The notes under the pieces are model-generated. The model did not search any database. It was given only the letters and a program-made list of their open reading frames with translations, and was not told where the DNA came from. From Diadema antillarum (lineage: Eukaryota), in assembly GCF_040938485.1 (NCBI RefSeq), contig NW_027271112.1, forward strand, positions 62,001 through 126,000: 64,000 nucleotides of DNA, written 5' to 3'. A program made the translations under genes and the position numbers. Shown in pieces: positions 51,201 to 61,066 of the stretch (its first letter is position 1; each line of letters starts with the position of its first letter).

Positions 51201-54200
51201 CAGACAGTTTTTACGTCTACTTTCCACACCAACATTTGAAATAATTTCTTACATTTGAAATATGATGTATCTTAAAACCCACTGGTAGTGGTCAACTCCT
51301 GTTGAGAGATTCCTCGGCTGTGTGTGTACTTACACTGTGATCACTGATAAAGCTATACACTAATTTGTTAGAGGGATTCTCAAATACATTTGAGCTGGGC
51401 CAGCACCCGTATCCAAGGTAACCTCATGCCACTTGGTCTTTAAGTATTAAAGGAGAGAATAGTTACAGGATGTAGCACATACCATTGCTACTTGACCGAC
51501 GTTGTACCAAACTTCAGCAGTGGTGGCGTCATCATTGGAGAGAGACAGCGCCCTCTCAAAAGAAGAGAGGGTCATGTCGTACTGCTGCGCATAGAAACAG
51601 CACAAGCCCAAGTTGTTGAAGAGCTCCGCATTGTAGACGCCCATCTGGAGCAGTCTCCTGTTGGCAAAAGGTCAGAAAAAGATTGACTTTGTGATGGAAA
51701 TAGAAGTGAAGTACCATTGGAAACACAAATATCATAGCAGATAACCCTGTACATGTATCATATGCATTCTCATCATTGCACATTGATTTTGATTATACTG
51801 GCATCAGTTTTCTCCTTATCTAAACAAACTTTGTCATTCAAGAGAAAAAGCCTCTTTTTCTCACGGGTTAGAACTACTGCACAATGAATGCGGGAAGAGT
51901 GAATGATGTGATATCTAATTGAATAGACACACACACAAAAAAAGATACAGGTACAACAACCTTTAAGTCTGTTTTGACATACTGATATGTACAAAATATT
52001 TTCGGACTTGGTTAGACATCCCTTTTCATACCTCACAGCCACAAATTGCCAGGTCTCTAGGTGCCTAATGTGACAAGCAGTACACTGTATTTATCAACGC
52101 AGTCATAACAGATTGCACATGATTCCTGCAAGCATGAAAGTCTACAGTTTTAAAGTTGCCTTCTGTTTTTAGTGAGAAAGAAAAGTAATTCATCATTTTT
52201 TTTTACTATGATTACATCATCCACCTTAACAAAACCAGGTACCCATTTTGATGGATATATGATTGCTACGAATACAGTCTTACATCGTAATCCACCATAT
52301 TTGGACCAAATTCAGTCATTCATTTTGCTACAAAATGAACCTATGATACCCTGGGTCACATCAACTTGAGTCACAATTTTTGCATGTGAAAAGAAAACAT
52401 CCATGCCAGCATAATTCATCATATCCATACCAAAGTCAGATGTCCATCTCGACTGTAGAAAACAACAGCAAACAAGGCATTCTATTAAAGTACAGTTGAA
52501 CCTCTCGTATCCGGACAAGTCGGGACCGGGGCTCATCCGGATAAGGGATTTGGCCGGATACGGGAGACTCAATGCTTTATACATGTACATATACATACAC
52601 ATGTACTGATGTAGCCCATTGTAGTACCACATGTAGTAATGTGTATACTGCAACCTTTTCATTGTTACACTCAGTAACAGACCCCAAAATAGAGGTTCGT
52701 GTTTGCAAGAATGAAATCATTTTCTTTTATAAATTCTTGGGATGATTTACCTAAATAATTATTAAGAAATGTATCAAGTATATGTAATTCATGTGTGTTT
52801 GTGTAGGAGTTCTCAAGGAGTTGGGAATCCCCCTTTCCTCCCGTAATTATTTAAAAAAATCACGGCGAGATTGCGTCCGTATAATAGAGAGATCCGGATA
52901 AAGGGAGGCCGGATAAGAGAGGTTCAACTGTACTCTCTATGTATATGATACAAAGAGGACTTACTTGGGGAGGGCTAGCCATGAAGACTTCTTTTCTCAC
53001 CTGTAATATCTTAGCGCTATTTCCGGCTGGTCAGAGTAGAAGTGGAAATTTGCAATGCAGGCAATGGCCTCCACATGGGTGTTGTCATGCTTCAGGACTT
53101 CCTTGTAGTACTTGACAGCCTTGTTTAGATCATTCATCCCCTGAATCAGCATTAAGAATATTAAAGTAGCCAGTAGCTAGCATGCTTTGTCATTGGACAC
53201 ATTATTGATACACATACATATTCAATATACATACCCACATACATGTTACATTCCTACAGTTCATGTACTGTATATTTCTTGCCAGGTATATGCCAAAGTA
53301 CATTTCTAGATGATGTCATAACAGGAAGCCAATTACCATCAACTGCAATGGTAAATATGCTTGCTTGGACTGCAAAAGTCAACAGTAACAATGGTGAGGA
53401 CAACAGCAATAAACCTAATGATGATCTCTTTTAAAAATTTAATGACTGCAAACCAGGGGGGAAAAAATAGCATCAGAATACCCTGAAATAACATGAAGAA
53501 AAAAATTGTTTCATTTCTTTGTAAAATTGTATACCTGGTTTTAAAGAAAAAAGGGAAAAAAAGCTGGCATCAAAATACCTTGAAATAACATGTCGAAGAC
53601 AATTTTTTTTCATTTCTTTGTGAAACAGTATACCTAGGATCATGAACTGAATGTTGCACCATGTGCCACATTCAAGTTACTATCATAATGAGCATGTGGC
53701 GCCATGTAACTGTTCAAGATCAATATTTGCATAGAGGGTGAGTAATTAGAGCAAATCAATTAATTCATCACACTACTTTCGATTCAATTTATGCATACAG
53801 TTATCAAATTTTGCTAAATCATCCACTGCCATAACGACTGGGTAAGTACCTCGTATATTCTGGCTATGCCGGTCAGCAAGGCCGTCTCGTGCTCAAACTT
53901 CTCCAGCCCCTGCCCGTAGATCTCGATGGCGGTCAGCGGCTGGTCAAGCCTGACGTAGACCTTACACAGGTAGAGATAGATGTCGATGACGTCCTGCTGC
54001 TTCAGCGCAGACTTGAATTGGCGCTCGGCGTCGCGATACAGCCCCAGCCTTGTGAAGAATTTTCAACAATATATATACGGACAGTGCATGAGAAGGTGGA
54101 TGGTGTGAATCCAGATTGATAGTATCTGAATATGTAAGCTAAATACTCGTGTGATTTAAATGCATCTCCGGTCAAGGTTTGATTAATACAAAATATAGAT

Positions 54201-57200
54201 AAGTTGATGTTTAACATAAAATTTTCAAAAGGAATGAGTAGAAATAATAAAAACTAAAAATAAGCGAGTGGATCCATTAAAACGTTTATGACCTGATTAC
54301 CCTATGAATATTTTGAGTCTCATACGCTGGCTTGTGGAAGTAAGACATTCTATCCACTTGAACCTCACACATAATACCCAAATGCATCCCCAGCTTTGCC
54401 TAATATGCTCAGATACCATATCTCTACAAATATTATCCTTGCCTGCTGTAAACACATAACATCAGCAAGCACGCCCCATCTGACCCTAGTGTGTAGCAGC
54501 GTTCAAAGGCAAGACAGCTAGAAGGATACCTGCCCTACTACTTCCCACTGGGCTACTATTATATTTTCCTCTTTGTTTGTTTTTTTGTTTTTTTTTCACT
54601 CAGCTTTAAGGGATACCTGTAATAGCATTTGCCCAGCTGAACTTTCCACCACCAGTCCTTAAACTGACAGGCTTCTGTGGCCTTGGCTGCTAGCTCCAGG
54701 GCATTACGCACATCATTCTCATGGTGAAAGATGTACTCAAACAGAGCCTGTGGAAGAGAAGAAGGAAACATATTGAATTCTGCAATAACTTGCAATTTTT
54801 TTCTTTGTCTTTCAAATTTTTCTAGTTCACCTAGAGTCACACACACATATCCATTCATACCTTTTTATACACTTTTCTCTCTTGTAACACTTGAAAATGA
54901 GTATATCTCCTCCTGCTCATGCTGAACTATTGCTGTAACACAAACTATGATCACTACAACGGTTTAACACATATGAGTACCAGGGGGTAATCAAATGATT
55001 AATCTTCATTACTACACACTGGATTGATAATAACAGCCAGAGTTTTGACTTATATGAATAGAAACAGAGTGCTATTTTTTTGAGTTGGAATCCCCCCCAT
55101 TCATGAGCAGCAACTGAGTGAAGGTAAACATTCAATTTGCAATACAATGCAGCTCTTAAAATGGTTGCCAGTCCTAATACCTTCACACAGTCTTTAGGTA
55201 TCTTACCCTGGTTTGGCTTTTTCTGAGTAATACTGCTGCTTCTAAATAGCTACCTTTTTTGGTAAGACACTGTCAGTCACTTACAACAAACAGTACTTGA
55301 TTGAAAATAAAAGCTCTAGACTTGGCCTACAAATTTTTCTTTTCTTCCCTCTATAATGCTTGCCTAGAACTGCAAGGCAGACATATCCATTGTTTCTGTT
55401 CACACAAGAGTAAATGATTCTATGCCATGTCTGTATTCATGTCTCACTTTTGATTAGGATAACATCATTCTTTTAATCTTTCATATGCATTACTTTCTAA
55501 ATCTTATACAAGACCACAATATGGGTAAATTTCCTGCACTACATAAGAGGAACATCAAAGGTTTTTATAGTGACATATGCACAAGCTTGAAAGATTATCA
55601 TTTGACAAAGAAACAGCAATATATTGACAGCAAAGAAAACAATGCACTACCTTCGCTAAGTTTGCTCTTGCAGCATACTTTGAAAAGTTCAGTCGAGGAA
55701 TGTTGATGAATGGACCGTCTGGTGTAGACAACATTGATGCCTGAAAACATTCAAAAAGAAGAAAAATGTATATTTCCAGTACGAAACATGGTAGTATGAG
55801 CCTTACAGTATGCACACTGTGATATGCCTCAATGTAAAACCTGCTAGCATGCAAAACAATTTCCAGTAGTTCAATTAGAAATCAGAACAGCATTGATGAT
55901 GAGCAACAACTGTGCAACAACTGTGAAGTTAACATCTTTTTCTGGTTCCCAACTAATAACGATTACGTCTATGGAGACAAATTCAACACTTTGCCAAGTT
56001 GAACTATCACTTAATCAAATCTGATATATGGGTGAAGACAAAAGAAATCATCCAAGTCAACAGCTCACAATTTTCTCTTTAAGTTTCACAACAACAAAAG
56101 GTGACATTACCGTTCCCAATCTGACGAATCGGCCAGAGGCGCTTGTGACTGGACGAGCTGTGTGTGCTGTTCGGGGTGCCCTGATTGCCTGCTCCATGGT
56201 CCCAGGTCGGCCACCCTGCGTACCGGGTCGCACAAATCCGCTAAGAGGACGTCCCGATTGTGAGGTTGGCCGAACTCCAGCACTTGGGGCCCCTGCTCCA
56301 GTACCAGGCTTCTTTAGTGATGTTCCTGGCCCTATGATAAGTGATACAAAAAGAGGAAATAGAATAGTGAAAACATCAACAAAATGTGAATAATTTCTTG
56401 AATAGGTGTTGCAACCTATAAAGATAAATGACTCTTATCTGCTGAGACTTGCATTGTGTAACGTTCCTATCACCATAAATAATCAACTGCCCTACATCAA
56501 CACTTGTGTTGGCCTGGATTACCATAAAGGCACAAAGAATATCTGGCCATAGCAACTGCAATACTGCCACAGAGAGAAAAAACAAAATGGGCTGAGCAGT
56601 TATTAAAAAGTCTGGACTACCAGCTAGACTACTGTAAACGTGGAAATTTTCGCGGTACATTAATTTTCGCGGATTTCGCGCTACGTTCGGCTAGCGCGAA
56701 TTCAAAAACGCGCAAATATATCTTCGCAATTTTCTATGCACATTTTGAACGGCCTGAATTGTGTGCGCTTCGTCGATGATACAGCTACGTAGTACAGACA
56801 TGTTTACGCATATAGCAGTATCATCGCACGCACCGCACGCACCGAGCCCATGGCCGATTGGTGTGCTACATCCCCGCGACTACAGTACTAGTACTAGTAA
56901 AATACACATGTACTACGTAGTTGAGCACTTGTACTCGCACTCGCGCCGCTCGCTACGTCGCTTATTGTACGCTGGCATCGCTGGATGAAAACAGAGACTG
57001 TGTATTAACCCGCTGCGGAGCGCGAATTTAAGAACCCGCGAATATGTTTTCGAGCCGCTCAGCGCAAAAAATTAATCGCGCGAAAATATTGACGTTTACA
57101 GTATATGGAAATTTTGCAGATACAGTCAACCTTGCTTAAGTCCACCTTACATAAGTCAAATAATCGCCCAAGTCGAAGGTCCTTTAAATCCTCTTTTCCT

Positions 57201-59293
57201 TGTATTCTATTGATTTTAATCCCTCATAAGTAAAATTTTCTCTGCACCAAAACTATTTCTTCAGTCCAAATAGACTTTAATGGGCAAGGTTGACTTATAT
57301 TTCATATTTCCCAAAGTTATCAGCCATGCATTCATTCTAAATCTAAGATTTCCACCCCCTCCATACATTATTTGACAATTACGTAAAAACAATCATGCCA
57401 ATCACACAATTAGAAACTTCTATTCCAAACTATCTGTCAATCTAAAAAGCAAGCTGACATACTTGTTACTTGGGCAATGGCATTGTCATCCATTAGCATC
57501 TCAGCAATTCCCTCTTCATCCACATCCACCTCATCAACATAAACCTGAGCAGTAAGAGCTTGCGTCTTCAGAGACCACGCAGCCTGTTCAAAGAGAAATG
57601 TTTGGACATTGTGTAATAGTAAATTATGCACTGACAAAAACATTTAGACTGATTGAATTGAATTGAAATAAATTTCTGACATATTTCAATGGTATCTGAC
57701 ATAATTCAATGGTATCAAACATATTTCTGACTTTGACTACCTTAAAGGGATCACACAGTTTTGGTTGAGACCTAATTTCAGATTTCTAACATTTTTTGGT
57801 GAGATAATGAGAAACCTCTTACGAAATATGAAAGAGCATGTAATTCTACGAGGAATTCAACGTTATTTGATGAAAATTGGTTTTGAAATGGCTGAGATAT
57901 CAAAAAAGAGTGATTCTAATAAAGTGTGGGACCCACACTTTATTACGATCGCTTTGTTGTACTTTGTTTTTGGATGTTTCAGTTATTCCAAACCCGATTT
58001 TCATCAAATAAAATTTGAATTCCCCTTAAAATGGTATGCTCTGTACTACATCATAAGTGTTTTCTTGGTATCTCGTAAAAAGTTCAAAGCCCAATTCTCA
58101 TCTCTACCAATACTGTACTATCCCTTTAAATGCAGAGCTCTATCAAACGCACTTTTCTCTGTAATACAGTGATATTCACCTTGTCTCTTACACAAAACAT
58201 GTCTCACAGCCCATGTGAAGAAAATCTTATCTTTACTTTCTCTTCAAATTGTGTCATGACATTACAGTGATTGAATGGTATTGAGCTAAATATCAGTTTA
58301 TGACTGGATAAGCAGTGTTTTATGATCAACATGAAAATCATTGTGAACATCTGGTTTGCTTTCTTACCTGATCATATGGATTTTTATTCAACATTTCGGT
58401 GCAAATGGTCACACAGTCTTCAAACTTCCGTCTACGATAAAGACTCATGGCCATGAAGAGGGGATCCATAATTGTGGTAGTTGGCTTACTGCAAACAAGG
58501 TTAGGAAGTAAAACAATCATGACACATTCAAGAAAACCTGTAAAGAAGGATTGAACTACACAATCAAATTATGCATCTTAAAATATATTTCTGCAAATTC
58601 TGTAAGAACTTTCTTCTCAAACCACATTCTCAGAAAGAGAACTTGCTGAATATATGGATCTCCCAACATATTGTTCCGTACGCAATACTAATATGCAGTC
58701 AGCATCTTTTCCACACATCAAGCCGTAAAGACAACTTACATTTACAAGGAATGTGGTCTAGTTGACCCTTCCATTACTGTATTAGGGTGGGGAGGAGAGA
58801 TGAGAGAGAAGAAAAACAGACTGTGTAGAATAGTGCTGTACACCAGCTGGCATTTGGTACTTGGTTCTTGGTACTTGGTGATGATTCTCCAAAAGACCCA
58901 AGCGGAGTTTAAAGTGGGGGGCATTTCATGAAGCATTTTGTCCAGCAAAGTTGTCTGACAAATTTGCTTTCAGCCAATTAGATGCAAGCATTTCAGTAGC
59001 TTGTGACAATTTGTCAGAAAACTATCCGACCAAAATGCTTCATGAAATGCCCCCCTGGAGGTGGCGGCAGAGGGTGGACTCAGTACGGGACAAAATAATT
59101 TAAAGGAATGGTATAGTATTGGTGGAGTTTCAGCTTCTCAACGATGTCACTGCGAACCAAATTTGACAATCAATATCAATAATGAAATGAAATAAATAAA
59201 TAATACTGTATTAGAAACTAGTCTGTATATTCCTGTATCAGGCCCTACATTGAGTATGGCAGGGTACCTTCCCATCGGCACCCTGCGTATCAT
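48204..59293 (-). CDS. TTC8: Tetratricopeptide repeat protein 8 / Bardet-Biedl syndrome 8 (BBSome subunit), 12 coding exons, ~515 aa
   Basis: Exons 59293-59268 (less certain), 58488-58368, 57583-57463, 56331-56111, 55740-55651, 54747-54617, 54048-53850, 53140-53001, 51657-51483, 50454-50332, 49217-49134, 48320-48204. Total 1548 nt, phase-consistent. Motifs: YRRRKF..C, EGIAEMLMDDNAIAQV, RPGTMEQAIRAPRTAHTARP, DWWWKVQLGKCYYR, ELFNNLGLCCFYAQQYDM, APHMFEPHYN and LKKHFALL*. Confidence 0.95.
48503..48678. mobile_element. Tigger-like MITE, TA TSD (176 bp)
   Basis: TA|CAGTGGAAACTC...GAGTTTCCACTG|TA. Confidence 0.8.
49487..50045. mobile_element. TTAA-TSD MITE (AGGACAAGTCCACCTTCATA TIR), 559 bp
   Basis: TTAA|AGGACAAGTCCACCTTCATA...TATGAAGGTGAACTTGTCCT|TTAA. 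Confidence 0.85.
50584..50893. other. Assembly gap (310 N) inside a TTC8 intron
   Basis: N run preceded by CA-rich repeats. The TTC8 frame is complete across it, so no constitutive exon is missing. Confidence 0.98.
52493..52930. mobile_element. Tigger-like MITE, TA TSD (438 bp)
   Basis: TA|CAGTTGAACCTCTCGTATCCGG...CCGGATAAGAGAGGTTCAACTG|TA. Confidence 0.85.
56632..57101. mobile_element. MITE, TA TSD, inverted copy of the 4457-4935 family (470 bp)
   Basis: TA|CTGTAAACGTGGAAATTTTCGCG...CGCGAAAATATTGACGTTTACAG|TA; the interior is the reverse complement of 4457-4935. Confidence 0.85.
57123..57295. mobile_element. Tigger-like MITE (CAGTCAACCTTGCT family)
   Basis: TA|CAGTCAACCTTGCTTAAGTC...GCAAGGTTGACT. 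Confidence 0.7.
57746..58125. mobile_element. TTAA-TSD MITE (Kolobok-like), diverged relative
   Basis: TTAA|AGGGATCACACAGTTTTGGTTGAGA...CCAATACTGTACTATCCCT|TTAA; shares GGTTTTGAAATGGCTGAGATATC with the other copies. Confidence 0.8.
58916..59055. mobile_element. Small MITE (GGGGGGCATTTCATGAAGCATTTTG TIR)
   Basis: ~25-bp inverted termini, with an inner TTGTC..ACAA symmetry. TSD unclear. Confidence 0.65.
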
Positions 59294-59508
59294 GGCTGTT
59301 TGCGTATAGAACAAAAAGGTACGCGCGGGATTAAGTTTCATTAGCTATAAAAACAATAAAAACGAAGAAACGAAAATCAAACTCAAAAACAAACTAACAA
59401 ACCAAACTAGAGCTCTAAACACATTTCAATTACACATCCGCTCAGTAACGACGCATGGCTGTGAAATTCACGTGTATTACCTATGGTCATGGAGGGGAGG
59501 GGGTGCCG

Positions 59509-59521
59509 ATCGCTAGGTAAC
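59509..59521. promoter_or_regulatory. Candidate RFX X-box upstream of TTC8/BBS8
   Basis: ATCGCTAGGTAAC (reverse complement GTTACCTAGCGAT), one mismatch to a 13-bp X-box, ~215 bp upstream of the predicted ATG. BBS genes are established RFX/DAF-19 targets. Confidence 0.5.
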
Positions 59522-60181
59522 GACACGGACCCTTTTAAGCTGCGCGAAGAAAACGGAATGCATGCACTAAAATTGCGCTATTTTAAAACGGAGATTCATA
59601 ATCATAGACGGTCACGACATTCAAAACTGCAGTATTTATGGCATATTTGAGGTAAGAATTAGGCGAATTTGTGTTATATTTCACAAGCTACAGATCCTTA
59701 GGGTGACGATAGTGGTACCCCCAATTGCAATGCTACATCATCATTCCAACTTCATTTTGATCTTGAAACTGAATAAATGACTCCTCATAAACAACTGATG
59801 TTTACGGACTTAACCTTTTAGGCTGGGCTGGCTGGCGTTAGTGACGGTTTGGCAGCTGTGCCCTATTCATTATGGAATTACTAGGGTTTCTATGAGTATG
59901 AATAAAAAAAAAAAAAAAAACATATTCGATCACCATCAAGATTCAACTTCCAAAGTCCCAAGTATTATGATTGGTGTCGGGAATCAAATGTTATCAGCAA
60001 GAAGCTTGAAGAGTGCATGCAGATGCCTGAGATGGCAATAAATTTAGTCAATCAACAAGATATAAATTGTCCCTATACACTCGGTTAAATGTTCTACAAA
60101 TTATGAAATATTACCTCTTTTTCAAAAAGGTGTTTTGCCTCACAGATCAGATCTTGCAACTACCTAGATCTATTTCAAGCT

Positions 60182-60933
60182 TTGACCGAAAGATCGGTCT
60201 GTATCTGTCCGTCGGGGAATGTTCCGCGGAGACTGTGTCTGGCTTCACGGATCCCCTCCGTATACAGACCGAAGTCAATGATTGCCGCTCCTGTGTGGAG
60301 CAGTCGCGCACAGATCAAACGTTACGATAAACCAAATTTCAGACGGCTTTTTTACATTCAAACAAGTTTGACATGACATGACACATTATGCAGCAATATT
60401 TGGGATAAATTTCTCAATTGTGCAATCGAAATACTCACATAAACTCGGATATAACGCAGAAATTTTATCGATATCGCAACATCGCCGTTCGCAAGCTGTA
60501 AGTGGCCATTTTAAATCTGTAAGCCAATCACATGCGAGGTACATGTTTTAGTAAAACAAACACGTAGAAACTACCTCGCATGTGATTGGCTAATAGATTC
60601 ATAGTGTATGTTTCTGGAGTTTGAACGTGACGACGCGACAGGCTGTGTTTTACGTTGAAAATTCTACTAAAATGTTGGATTATTCATTAATCTGGTGAGT
60701 GTAATGTATTCTTAAAAAGCTAATTTTACTATACAAGCTTAAATTTGCCAACCTAGGGCCGTGAATTAGACGCAATCGAGAAGGGTGAGGTACCTCACCC
60801 AATTTTCCATAGAGACAGTGGTTAAGAACATCCACACAGCAATGGGTACTGCAACCTTCCGTCTGTCTACGGAGGACAGCGTTAATGGCAAAATATAAAA
60901 AGAGTCCTCCGGACAGACGGATCTTTCTGTCTA
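60182..60933. mobile_element. Non-autonomous DNA transposon, 9-bp TSD family, copy B (752 bp)
   Basis: Same termini as copy A. TSD TTTCAAGCT at 60173-81 and 60934-42. Carries ~600 bp of extra internal sequence. Confidence 0.85.
60522..60591. promoter_or_regulatory. Perfect 20-bp inverted repeat carrying two oppositely oriented CCAAT boxes
   Basis: AGCCAATCACATGCGAGGTA (60522-41) and TACCTCGCATGTGATTGGCT (60572-91), 30-bp spacer. Confidence 0.6.
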
Positions 60934-61066
60934 TTTCAAGCTATGCTTCACGTCGTCGCGAGGTTACAATCGTTTACATACGAAACCATGGATTCGATTC
61001 GGGATCCCCATCGCATCGCAAAACTATTCGTAGTAGTGTGTACATACCACCGTACATACGGCATGC

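Noticed and set aside
56028-56393. Plus-strand 121-aa ORF, and similar antisense ORFs at 27351-27708 and 20755-20964
   Set aside because: These are shadows of GC-rich exons on the opposite strand (TTC8, EAPP, SNX6).
57765-58172. 135-aa ORF, and similar ORFs at 38056-38349 and 5291-5491
   Set aside because: They lie within non-autonomous TTAA MITEs, have no transposase motifs, and the frame is not shared between copies.
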